A DNA stretch of 64,000 bases from the NCBI RefSeq assembly GCF_006345805.1, contig NC_042999.1:6200001-6264000 (forward strand). The letters run 5' to 3'. The DNA is from Octopus sinensis (Eukaryota). Positions 10,649 through 23,135 of this stretch are shown one piece after another (position 1 is the first letter of the stretch; every line of letters begins with the position of its first letter). A program made the translations under genes and the position numbers. The notes below the pieces were generated by a model. That model was not told the DNA's origin. It did not search any database and worked only from the letters and a program-made list of their open reading frames with translations.

Positions 10649-13600
10649 AGAAACCAAAACACAATAAAGAGAACTGACCAAGTTTACTCTCTCTCTCTCT
10701 CTCTCTCTGTTTCTCTCTCACTCTCTCTCCTTTTTGTTTTAGAGCTAGCAATGTCCACTCTCTATTTTTGATTTGGTTTTACAGCCACATCTCTCCCATC
10801 ACCCACCACCTTACAGTCAGGTGGCTAGAATCCATTTCATTGTGCCACTGGAACCAAATGGGTTGTCTTTCATGCCACAGTCCCTCATTATCTTATTTAC
10901 AGTTGCTACTCCCCAACTTTCTTTGTTACTGGGGCTGGGATTTTTTTAAACCATGAATAGCTATGAGGGTCCACCCAATTAAAATCGAAATCCTAGGGGT
11001 CCAAATGTAAAAAAGGGTTGAGCATCATTGCTCTATACAACATGACTGGAGAAATCAATCAACCAGCATTTAATCATTAAATATTGATCAATTCAATCAA
11101 CTTGTCGTGTTTAATTCTTTACTTCATTTAAACTTGCCATTTTATTAGACTTATCCAAACTTGCTAAACTGAGTTTGGATTAAGGTAGATTGAGGTTTGG
11201 AGATTAGGAAAATAATTGGTTCCCAAATAAAACGATTGAAATTAATTTCTTCCTTGTGTCCATCAAATGTTGTTTTCTCTCTTTTTTTTTCTCCTAAGCT
11301 GCTCAGGGAGAAGGTAATTATTTTCTTTTTTGTTTTGTTTATATGTGAATAGGTGAGTAGTGAGATCATCTGGCAGGGCATGGAAGGACTCTGAGAGGAT
11401 GTTGTATTTATGGCTGTGTGGTAAAGAAGTTTGCTCCCCAACCACATGGTTCTGGGTTCAGTCCCACTTGCACGACATCTTGGGCAAGTGTCTTCTATAA
11501 CCACAGGTCGACCAAAACCTTCACTGGATTTGGCAAATAGAAACTGCAAGAAGCCCATTGTATGTGTGTGTATCCCTTATAACTACTTGACCACTGGTGT
11601 TGGTTTGTTTATGTCCCTGTAATGTAGCTGTTCTGCAAAAGTGACCGATCGAACAAGTACCAGAATAAGTTCTGGGGTCGATTCATTTGACTAAAATTCT
11701 TCAAGATGGTGCTTGTTTGTTTGTTTGTTTGTTGAGCGAAGCAGTCTTCGTCCCAGTGGGAGAAGTCCGAAACGTGGTCCTTTGCTATTCATAAGACCCG
11801 CAGAAGAGAAAGCAGGTCAACCCCCGGCACCGAGAGCATCGACGGATGGCTTGAATGCGCATCCAGGCTCAGCGGTTGCGTAGGAAGTCGGGGGCAAGAA
11901 GCAGGAAAAAAGAGTGAGAAAAAGTTGGGGCGAAAGAGTACAAGAGGGGTCACCCCCCACCCACCCCACCCTGCCGGAGCCTCATGGAGCTTTGGGTATT
12001 TTCGCTCAATAAACACACACAACGCCCGGTCTGGGAATCAAAACCGCGATCCTCCGACCGCGAGTCTGCTGCCCTAACCATTGGGCCATTGCGCCTCCTC
12101 AAGGTGGTGCTCTAGCATGGCCACAATCTAATGACTGAAGTGAGATAAAAATATGAGTATTTTCTCTTTGATTCCAATCACAAGACTCTGCTATATTCTT
12201 GGTTTTCATTGCACTTTCCTTTGTATCCTTCTACAAAACATGGCTCTTCTCTCTTCTTGTGCAATTCTTTAATTAACAGTCCAATTTCTGCTGTAATTGT
12301 GGCTACTTACTAATGACTAATATTTAGTCATTAATAGTCATTACAAGAGAAATAATACTCCTTTGCACCAATTGTGTGCTAATCTTTCTTGGATTCCAAT
12401 TTGTAATTATTGGTATATTTATTTGTGTTTTAGAGAAATTCTTCACTTTGGTTGCTCCAGTTTCTTTCTTTCTTATTCATCTCTTTCATTTTGATCCATC
12501 ATCTTTAATCATTTTACTGATTTCATTCATTTCACTTTTTCATCTTGTATCTCCTTCAGTTATATACCATGCCCTATTTATATTTTATTCCCTGTTTTCC
12601 CAGTCATCGTAGTTTATTATTTGTGCAGTCAGTAAAGGTTTTTCTCTGCCACTCTGTAAATAAGTTTGTCAACCAAAGTGAACAGGTATTTGTGACCAGA
12701 TTTTCTTCCTCTGGATAATGTGTTCTGATCTTCCTGCAGTGAAGTTGATTTGTCCATTCCTCTAAGATCTGTAAATATATAGGAATAATATTCTCAAGCT
12801 GTACCAAATACTTTACAAAAGTTAATTAATTAAAAGGCGTCCATATTACATGGCTGTGTAAATCATCAATCTTCAACATCCATGTTCCATGCTGACATGG
12901 GTTGGGCAATTCTCGAAACCCAATGAGTCTGGGTTGACTTTGCCTTTCATCCTTTCGGGGTTGATGAATTAAGTACCAGTTACGCACTGGGGTCGATATA
13001 ATCGACTTAATCCGTTTGTCTGTACTTGTTTGTCCTCTCTGTGTTTAGCCCCTTGTGGGTAGTTAAGAAATAGGTATTAATGGCTTGATGCCCTTCCTAA
13101 TACCAACCACTATACAGTTATACTGGTTATACTCTCTCTCTCTCTCTCGTGGCACAAGTATTTACGATGTCACAACACAGCTTGTAAGACCAAAGATCCC
13201 CTTTGTCTGAATGAGGCAATAGTAGAGAGATGGTTGGTGGCTTTGTGCTAGACGAGAGAAGGGGGCCAAAACAGAACAGGTTTCTTGCTGGTAGTGAAGC
13301 TACATGACAACTCACATTATTGAAGAGTGGCTTTGGAAGGACCAAGGGGGAGCTGGAAAGTGATAAAATAGTAAAGGTGTGGTCTCGGGGTTGAGGTACA
13401 AGGTAAAGTTTTTGTTACAAAAAAATTTTGTCAACTTTCTTGTTTTAGTTACAAATTCTTAAACTGATTTTTATTTCAGTGCACCTTGCTTATTATTTGT
13501 TGTTGTTATTGCACCAATTGTAATTTCTTTTCTAATTGTTTACTGAGATGAAGTATATTTATTAACAATCAACGTATGTGCTTCTTAACCCTTTAGCATC

Positions 13601-14018
13601 TAAACTGGCCGTATCTGGTCCAAATATTCTGCCTGTTTTACATTAAGACTGACCAGATTCAGCCTCTCACACCTACCCTACAATGTCATTCTAAAAATAT
13701 ACAAACACACCATTGAAATCTCAAAGCTACAAGATTATCCAAGATTAATTCAAAACAATGAATAAATAAGGATTTACCTTTGACAAAGAATTCTGAATGC
13801 TAAAGGGTTAAAGAGGTCATGTCTGTTGTTTCTTGTTGCATTCTATAAAACCTTTTTTACTTACAATGTTCTTTCATCCCAAACGTGTTAAAAGCGCTTC
13901 TTGATGGCTTCAGACTAATGTGTCTCTTGTAAATTGTTGAATTAACGATTTGACTTAAATATTATTTGTAAAACCTCAATAGTCTACAGAACAAATTGAA
14001 TGCCTTGTTTCTTTTTAG

Positions 14019-14103
14019 GGAGAAGAGAACGCTGGTGCGCAAACAGTTGGTCTTGAACAACGAGTCAGTCTATTAGAAAAAGAAAATAGGGAATTAAAAA
14101 AAG
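14019..14103 (+). CDS. EEF1D: EF-1 delta exon, start of leucine zipper: GEENAGAQTVGLEQRVSLLEKENRELKK
   Basis: ctttttag acceptor, gtcagt donor, 85 nt, phase 0-1. Heptad pattern typical of the delta-specific leucine zipper. Confidence 0.85.
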
Positions 14104-15615
14104 GTCAGTTCCGTTTGCTTGATTATAAAAGGGTTCACTTTGTTGCTAGCACTAATGACTGAGGGCTTTTATCAACCCTTTTACCACAGTTAACCACCTT
14201 GGCAGGCGCCCACCTGATATAGGTCATTTCTATTGTAATATTGTATGTTAAATGTAAGGCAGCGAGCTGACAGAAATGTTAGCACACCAGGTGGAATGCT
14301 TAGCGGTATTTTGCCCATTGCTACGTTCTGAGTTCAAATTCCACCAAGGTCAACTTTGCCTTTCATCCTTTTGAGGTCGATAAATTATGTACCAGTGAAA
14401 CACTGGGGTCGATGTAATCGATTATCTCCCTCCCCCAGATTTCAGGCCTTGTGCCTTTGTAGAAGAGATTGTTGCTATTTAAGGTGGCGGGGCTGGCAGA
14501 AACGTTAGCACACCGGGCGAAATACTTAGCGGTATTTCATCTGTCTTCATTTTCTGAGTTCAAATTCCACCGAGGTCAACTTTACCTTTCATCCTTTTAG
14601 GGTCGATAAATTTAGTACCTGTTGTGTACTGGAGTCAATCTAATTGACTTAATCCCCTCCCAAATATTTCGGGCCTTGTACCTAGAGTAGAAAAGAGTAT
14701 AAAGATTGTGGTCAATAAACAAAGTTAATGTAAATATGGTAGCAGTGAGGGCCTTTTGCTAATCTTTGTATATTTGAAAATTTCAGGGTCTAAAACTGTG
14801 GTTCTTAACCCTTTTGTGCGTATGGACCCATTTCATTTCTATTTTACTCTTCTGGGCCCTCAGAGCCATTTGATGTTTAGATGCAATCCTACAATATTTT
14901 CATAATTAAATATTTATTAAGAATTGTATAAAAAGATTAAAATATTTTGTGTATTGCAGAAATATAAGCAAATTATTGCAGCAAAATCTTAGAGACCCTG
15001 AAAGGGTCATATGCATCCAGATTGAGAACTAATGTTATCGTCTAACGTCTGCTTTCCATGCTGGCATGGGTTGGACGGTTTGTCTGAGAACTGGCAAGCC
15101 AAGAGGCTGCACCAGGCTCCTCCAATCTCCTCTGGCAAGGTTTCTACAGCTGGATGCCCTGCCTAATGCCAACCACTCTGAGAGTGTAGTGTGTTTTTAC
15201 ATACCACTGGCATGGGAGCCATTCAGGTGGCACTGGCATCAGCCATACTCAAATGGTGCTTTTTACGCGGCACTGGGATCAGCCACGCTCAAATGATGCT
15301 TTTTGCATGTCACTGGCACAGGTGCCAGTCTAATCCATCAAATTTGTATCTGAAAACTGGATTACTTTTTAAATGTAATAATATACTCTTTTACTTGTTT
15401 CAGTCATTTGACTGCGGCCATGCTGGAGTACCACCTTTAGTCGAGCAAATCGACCCCAGGACTTATTCTTTGTAAGCCCAGTACTTATTCTATCGGTTTC
15501 TTTTGCCGAACTGCTAAGTGACGGGGACGTAAACACACCAGCATCAGTTGTCAAGCAATGCTAGGGGGACAAACACAGACACACAAACACACACACACAC
15601 ACATATATATATACA

Positions 15616-15648
<33 letters not shown>

Positions 15649-17253
15649 GACAGGCTTCTTTCAGTTTCCGTCTACCAAATCCACTCACAAAGCATTGGTT
15701 GGCCCAGGGCTAGAGCAGAAGACACTTGCCCAAGATGCCATGCAGTGGGACTGAACCCGGAACCATGTGGTTGGTTAGCAAGCTACTTACCACACAGCCA
15801 CTCCTGCGCCTATCTTGATAATTAATGTCTAAAGAATCAGTTATTTGGACGTAGGTTTGTGTACACACACACACACACACACACACAACACACACACACA
15901 CATGGCTGTGCTTAGACACAAATTTTGGCTTTATTTTTTACCATCAAAGCAATCAGAATTTTGATATGTCTCCTGATTACCTTGACCCCAGTATCTGACT
16001 GGTACTTCATTTGACCTGAATAGAATTTGAACTTTGAATATAAGCAAGCTGGAAGAGATGCTGCCAAGAGTTTTGTTCTGTTGAAGAACTTCAGCCAGTT
16101 TGCTGCAATCATCATCATCATTTAACGTCCATTCTGCATGCTAGCATGGGTTGGACGGTTCGACCGGGGATCTGGGAAGCCAGAAGGCTGCACCAGGCTC
16201 CAGTCTTATCTGGCAATGTTTCTACAGCTGGATGCCCTTCCTAACGCCAACCATTCCGTGAGTGTAGTGGGTGCTTTTTATGTGCCACCTGCACAGGTGC
16301 CAGGCGAGGCTGGCAACGGCCACGGTCGGATTGGTGTGTTTTATGTGCCACCGGCACGGAAGCCAGCCGAGGCGGCGCTGGCATCGGCCACGAGTCGGAT
16401 AGTGCTTTTTACGTACCACCAGACCAGGGATCCTGGCTGGTTCAATTCGATTTCGCTTTCGCTTGCCTCAACATGTCTTCACAAGCAAAGGGGGTTGGCA
16501 CGGGTGCCTGTCGTACGGTCGGATTGGTGTATTTTACGTGCCACTGGCACGGAATAATGATGATAATCGTCTCTGCTGTAGGCACAAGGCCTGAAATTTG
16601 TGGGGTGGGAGTGAGTTAATCCCATTAACCCCAGTGCATCACTGGTACTTTGTCTTTCATCCTTTCAGGGTTTATAAATTAAAGTTGACCTCAGGACATA
16701 GAGACAGACAAAATGCTGCTAAGTTCACCGCTTTAATAATAATAATGATGATGATAATCCTTTCTACTGGAAGCATAAGGCTTCAAATTTGGGGGAAGGG
16801 ATTAAGTCGACTTCATTGAAACCCCCCAGTGCATAACTGGTACTTAATTTATCGACCCCCGAAAGGATGAAAGGCAAAGTCGACCTTGGCGGAATTTGAA
16901 CTCACAACGTAACGGCAGCCGAAATACTGCTAAGCATTTCGCCCAACGTGCTAACGATTCTGCCAACTCGCTGCCTTAATAATAATAATAATGATAATAA
17001 TAATCCTTTCTACTATAGGCACAAGGCCTGAAATTTTAAGGGAGAACAAAGTCGCTTACATTGATCCCAGTACTTGACTGGTACTTAATTTATTGACCCC
17101 AAAAGGATGAAAGGCAAAGTTGACCTTGGTGGAATTTGAACTCAGAACGTAGCATTGGGTGAAATACTGCATTTTGTCCAGCGTGCTAATGGTTCTGCCT
17201 TGATGGTGATATAATGATCATTTTTAAGCAAGGTAATATCTCTTTATTTTCAG

Positions 17254-17438
17254 CTGTTGAAGAACTAAGAAAAGTGACCAGTGCCTTAAATCTTCAGTTA
17301 AGATCTGGAGCTAAAGCCAATGTTGAAGTTGACAAAAACAGCAATAACATTGTAACCAAGATGGACGTAGAAGGAACCGAACATTCAGAAGAGGAGGAGG
17401 ATGATGATATCGATCTTTTTAACTCTGATGAAGAAGAG
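17254..17438 (+). CDS. EEF1D: EF-1 delta exon: (A)VEELRKVTSAL...SEEEEDDDIDLFNSDEEE
   Basis: ttttcag acceptor, gtaaca donor, 185 nt, phase 1-0. Acidic DDDIDLFxSDEE motif of the EF1B/D family. Confidence 0.93.
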
Positions 17439-17982
17439 GTAACACGTCTGACTTTTAATGTTCTCTTTCGTTTCCACATTTAAAGCTTACTCTTTTACTT
17501 GTTTCAGTCATTTGACTGCGGCCATGCTGGAGCACCGCCTTTAGTCGAGCAAATCGACCCCGGGACTTATTCTTTGTAAGCCCAGTACTTATTCAGTCGG
17601 TCTCTTTTGCCGAACCGCTAAGTGACGGGGACGTAAACACACCAGCATTGGTTGTCAAGCAATGCTAGGGGGACAAACACATACACACACACACACGCAC
17701 AGATATATATATATATACATACATATATACGACAGGCTTCTTTCAGTTTCTGTCTACCAAATCCACTGACATGGCATTGGTCGGCCCGGGGCTATAGCAG
17801 AAGACACTTGCCCAAGATGCCACGCAGTGGGACTGAACCCGGAACCATGTGGTTGGTTAGCAAGCTACTTACCACACAGCCACTCCTGTGCCATTTCTTG
17901 TTTTCTTTGATTTCATGTCCAATTACATTTCTTGCATAATCTCTCCATTACAAAAACTTGTTTTTCGTGTTTCCCTGTAAAG

Positions 17983-18046
17983 GATGAAGCAAAAGTCCGA
18001 GAAAGAGAAGAAAGAATTAAAGCATACCAATTGAAAAAATCTAAAA
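17983..18046 (+). CDS. EEF1D: EF-1 delta exon: DEAKVREREERIKAYQLKKSK
   Basis: aag acceptor, gtaagt donor, 64 nt, phase 0-1. Matches the family REER..Y..KK.KKP helix. Confidence 0.93.
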
Positions 18047-18374
18047 GTAAGTCTGTGTGTCCTTCCTTACTAAATCTTGATCTTTTTTGTTTTTTCTTGG
18101 GAGAGAGAGAGTGGATGGGGTCTGGGTTGTTTTCTTGGATTTGTCCATATTCTTGAAGTATGAATAAAACAATAGATCAAGCACTTTTAGATGCTAGCTT
18201 CACTTTCACTGGTGTCTTTCTTCCATCCAGCTCCCAACAGCACAAAATAGTTCCTGCTGGAATGTGTGTCCTCGATACAGGCCTTTGGCTTTTCCAGTTT
18301 TCAGTCAAACCGATCCACCCCCCCCCCCCATGCCAGCACGGAAGATGAACATTAAATAATGAAATAAAGAAATT

Positions 18375-19400
18375 TTGATGACTGTGCTGGTATGGTCATG
18401 TGATGCATACGGGCGAGGACAGCTGTGTGAAGGATTGCCAATCCCTAACTATGGAGGAAACCTGTGGTAGAGGTAGATGAAGGAAGACATGGGACGAGGT
18501 GGTGATGCATGATCTCCGGACTTTGGGCCTCACAAAGGCAATGACTAGTGACCAAGACCTTTGGTGATGTGCTGTGCTTGAGAAGACCCATCAAGCCAAA
18601 TAAAATTGCAGTTGTGGCAGATACTGGTGTCACGCAAATGACACTTGTGCCGGTGGCACATAAAAGCACCTTTTGATCGTTGGGCCTCACAGGAGTAAGA
18701 ACTGAGACCATTTGGCATTATGCTGTGCTTCGAGTGTTGGGCTTCACAATGTCCAAATGGGTGCCATTTGGCCTTATGTCATGCTTGAAAAGAAGACCCA
18801 TGAAGCCAAGTAAAATTGCAGTTGTGGTAGATGCCAATGTCACGCAAATGACACCTGTGCCGGTGGCACATAAAAGCACTTCTTGAGCATTGGGCCTGAC
18901 AGGAGTAAGAACTGAGAGCATTCGGCATTATGCTGTGCTTGAGAAGAAGACAAATCAAGCCAAGTAAAACCAGTCATAGTAGATACCTATTTCTTTACTA
19001 CCCTAAAGGGGCTAAACACAGAGAGGACAAACAAAGGGATTAAGTCGATTATATCGACCTCAGTGCGTAACTGGTACTTGTTTAATTGACTCCGAAAGGA
19101 TGAAAGGCAAAATTGACCTCAGCGGAATTTGGACTCGGAACGTAACGCCAGACGAAATACGGCTACACATTTCGCCCGGCGTGCTAACGGTTCTGCCAGC
19201 TCGCCGCCCTGTCATAGTAGATACCAGTGTCATGCTAATGGCACCCATGTTGGTGGCACATAAAAGCACTCGTTGCACTCTCGGAGTGGTTGGCATTAGG
19301 AAGGGCATCCAGCCAAAACAGACACTGAAGCCTGGTGAAGTTGTCTGCTTAACCAGCTCCTCTCTAACCCATGCCAGCATAAACAACGGACGTTAAATGG
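18375..19400 (+). mobile_element. Older RTE 3' end with tandemly repeated ORF2 terminus, interrupted by SINE B (18988-19210)
   Basis: RKTWDEVVMHDLRTLGL then repeated LGLTG...WHYAVLEK units. 15-bp TSD GTCATAGTAGATACC around the SINE (18973-18987, 19211-19225). Confidence 0.75.
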
Positions 19401-19762
19401 TGATGTCTTCTATATTTGTTGGACTGGTTTCCTCCTCTTGATTGTTGCTTTCGCTATGTTTCACCTGTTTCTGTTCCATCTTTCTTCAGGTGTTTCGTGG
19501 TTCACCATTCCGACTGATACAAAACCAGCCTCATCTGGCACCTGTGTCGGTGGCACATAAAATCACCCACTACACTCTCGGAGTGGTTGGCATTAGGAAG
19601 GGCATCCAGCTGTAGAAACACTGCCAGATCTGACTGGCCTAGTGCAGCCTTCTGGCTTCCCAGACCCTAGTTGAACCGTCCAACCCATGCTAGCATGGAA
19701 AGCGGACACTAAACGATGATGATGATGCAATAAGGAATTTTCGTATTTTTTGTCTTTCACAG

Positions 19763-19888
19763 AACCTGCATTGATTGCCAAGTCATCAGTTACCCTTGAT
19801 GTCAAGCCGTGGGACGATGAGACGGACATGAAGAAGGTGGAAGAATGTGTTCGTACCATAGAGATGGACGGTTTGTTATGGGGTGCTT
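19763..19888 (+). CDS. EEF1D: EF-1 delta GEF-domain exon: (K)[41 protein letters not shown]
   Basis: ttcacag acceptor, gtaagt donor, 126 nt, phase 1-1. Diagnostic [16 protein letters not shown] motif. Confidence 0.97.
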
Positions 19889-20204
19889 GTAAGTAGTTTT
19901 TCTTTAAAGCTAATCTGTTTTTAATAGAATGGTTGTATACTGACAATCTAACGTGAACATGACAGTAGGGGGTACACCACCACTGTTTAGCCCTAGGAAG
20001 CATCGACACCTCCTGATGGCTTTGACACATTTTTTCCTGTGTCCTTATATATATTTACGAAGGGGGAAACAAACACCCCCAGCAGCCCGGTGCTGCATCT
20101 AGGGACACGTGTTTCAGGATGATTGTCCTTCGTCAGCCCAGAGAATTTTAAAACTTGTATTCAATTTTTAAATATTTTCCAGTTGTTATGTTGTTAGTTA
20201 CCAT

Positions 20205-20480
20205 TTGTAAATAATAATAATTAATTCATTTATTGGCCACAAGGGCTAACAAAAATCAAATAAAAAATGTAAGGACAAAACACAGGACAAAAGTTACAAA
20301 AAGTGTTTTGTCCGTTTGAAAAGTTCGTGTAAAAAGGCAAGATAACAACGAAAATATAACAAGTGAAAACTCCCAATAGGGGGAGGTGCTTCGAAGGGTT
20401 ACTCGTGGAAAAACCCATAAAAGCCTGGTCAAAAAGAGAGCCCTTTTTTCCTTTTATATTTCCTTTTTTTACAGGTGTAT
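20205..20480 (-). mobile_element. Probable LINE 3'UTR fragment ending AATAAA-(ATT)n
   Basis: Pyrimidine-rich UTR-like sequence ending ttagcccttgtggccaataaatgaattaattattatt on the minus strand; no ORF left. Confidence 0.45.
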
Positions 20481-21894
20481 CATAATAATAATAATGACAA
20501 TGGCAGTGTAATTGATAGTTGTTCAACCATTTTCTTTGGTGCTGCAACTCCATTGTTGTTCGTGTACCCTGCTCCTTAAATTAACACCTGTCTATGGGTT
20601 TCTGAGAGGGGTTAGTGTGAATACCTTTATAATTACTCAGACTCTTTGTCTCACCATCAGGAATGAAACTGTTACTAAAACGTCCATCCAAACCATGGTG
20701 GATAAGAATTTTGTTAAATTATAGTTTAGAAATAAATGTTCCTGGTTCAAATCCAGCCTGGCTTGCAGTACACATCTGGGAACAATTTGAAAATTTATTA
20801 TAACGTGAGTTCGTGGCTGTTTCCTGCACCAGCTGCACATAGAAGCCCCAGCCCTTCCAAAGTGCCTTAGATCGCAGGACGGCCTGCTGTACTTACCTTG
20901 GATCGTAGGGCGACCTGCTGTGCTTGAGGAGACCTATTGCGTCAAGTACATCAATATCAAAAAATCAAATGGAAATTGTAGTTGTGATGCCTGTGCCGTT
21001 GGCACATAAAATGCACCATCCGTACGTGGCCGATGCCAGCCCCACCTTGGCTGGCTTCCATGTCGGTGACACGTAAAAAGCACCAGCTGATCATGGCCGT
21101 TGCCAGCTTCACCTGTGCCGGTGGCACGTAAAAAGCACCCACTACACTCACGGAGTGGTTGGCGTTAGGAAGGGCACCCGGCTGTAGAAACACTGCCAGA
21201 TCAGACTGGAGCCTGGTGCAGCCTTCTGGCTTCCCAGACCCCGGTTGAACCGTCCAACCCATGCTAACATGGAAGACGGACGTTAAATGAGATGATGATG
21301 ATTATTGTAGACTATGTAGCACAATTTATTGAATTTCCTCTGGTTAGAGCAATTTCTCTCCGAAGTTTGTTGACCCAATCGGTAAAGACAACAATTAGTT
21401 TCACAACCTGCAGATGGTACTTCCTTAATTGAGGGCCCAGTAAAATAGATATTTTTAAAGCATTTTGGCTTAATGTTAATTATTCTCCGTGAAGTTGAAA
21501 GCAAATTCCCTTCTAACATATCTTTCATGCCATTTATTGGTGTCTTGTTGATCAGGAGTCTTAATCTCTAAGACCCTGATAATTCTTCGATGCAGAATTT
21601 CTGGTCCAGATTATTGATAGTTTTGGCATGGCAGTCATGATAGGAAATATCAAATTTGTCCAAATTTTCTGTCCACGCATGGCAGATTTAATAATTGATA
21701 GAAGACAATGTTAAAACTGCCCTTTGATGTACACAGATTCCCAGCTCTAACTGAACCCTTCAACATTTAAACCGGCCTTGACTGGCCTCAATATTTTATG
21801 TTTTACATTCAAATTGGCCAGCTCCAGCCTCTCACACCTACTCTGCAATGTCATTCTAAATGTAAACAATCACATTGTCGAAATCTTGAACTTG

Positions 21895-22135
21895 TGACTG
21901 TGTCTGCATACCAGAATTCATCTAACAGCTGCAAGACAGGGCCTCAAGCTCAATTCAGATGGCTATGTGAAGTTGCTGGAAGGCCATATGGTGTGGCAGT
22001 AGGATATTTGACTCTGCTATAATTCTGGAAAGAGAAGTGATTGTTGGAGAATATCTATGACCTCATCAGCCCCAATTTCTGGCCTCTTAATTCCCACCTG
22101 ATTGTAATCCTTTGAATTACCATGTGTGGGGTGTA
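21895..22135 (+). mobile_element. Tc1/maT-type transposase remnant (second copy at 24715-24960)
   Basis: GLKLNSDGYVKLLE and WPLNS(P)PDCNPLNYHVWGV motifs. The two copies are colinear. Confidence 0.65.
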
Positions 22136-22759
22136 ATACACAATTAATTCAATGTAAATAAATAACAGAAGAATATGAATGCGAAAGAGTTTAAGTTTGA
22201 CTTTAATCACAATACAAAATTGTTTTGTGTTTCTAAATTAATAATTCCATTGGCTGACTAATTAGATTTGGTTAAGTGCATGCGCAATGGCCCAGTGGTT
22301 TGGGCAGCGGACTCGCGGTCGTAGGATCGCGGTTTCGATTCCCAGACCGGGCATTGTGAGTCTTTATTGAGCGAAAACAGCTAAAGCTCCACGAGGCTCC
22401 GGCAGGGGATGGTGGTGATCCCTGCTGTACTCTTTCACCACAACTTTCTCGCACTCTTACTTCCTGTTTCTGTTGTACCTGTATTTCAAAGGGCCGGCCT
22501 TGTCACTCTCTGTATCACGCTGAATATCCCCGAGAACTACGTTAAGGGTACACGTGTCTGTGGAGTGCTCAGCCACTTACACATTAATTTCACGAGCAGG
22601 CTGTTCCGTTGATCGGATCAACCGGAACCCTCGTCGTCGTAACCGACGAGTGCTTCCATCCATCAGATTTGGTTAATTCTAATTAATTTGTAATTGCTGT
22701 CCCCTTCTCCTAAATTCAGTATTTTGCACTGCTTAACTTTTGTCCTTTTTAAATTCCAG

Positions 22760-22875
22760 CCAAGTTGTCACCTCTTGCTTATGGAATAATGAAACTGACA
22801 ATCTTGTGTGTTGTGGAAGACGAAAAAGTCAGTGTGGATGACTTACAAGAAAAAATTTGTGAATTTGAAGATTAT
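22760..22875 (+). CDS. EEF1D: EF-1 delta GEF-domain exon: (S)KLSPLAYGIMKLTILCVVEDEKVSVDDLQEKICEFEDY
   Basis: ttccag acceptor, gtaagt donor, 116 nt, phase 1-0. YGI.KL.I.CVVED.KV motif. Confidence 0.97.
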
Positions 22876-23135
22876 GTAAGTAACCTTGAAATAATAGCAA
22901 TTAAAACTGTGTGTTGTTTGTTCATTTACCCCTAGCAATCACCATTGAAGAATGGACCCTGTCAAAGGCTTCCTCCAGCTCAATGAATGCCCAAGTATAA
23001 GTATTCTTCTTCAGCTAAATGCTTCTCCTGCAGTTGCCTCACCAGGATGGAGAACATCAGAGGTACTCGTCCCTGGCACCAAACCAAACCACATCTCATC
23101 AAGGCTAATCTTTTCTGGTTCAGTAATAACTCTTT

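Noticed and set aside
21310-21750. Coding-like minus-strand segment in an EEF1D intron; similar segments at 12600-12810 and 47670-48240
   Set aside because: Frames are interrupted by stops and have no recognisable motifs, apart from a possible LKVNVAK RT trace near 47960. Left unannotated.
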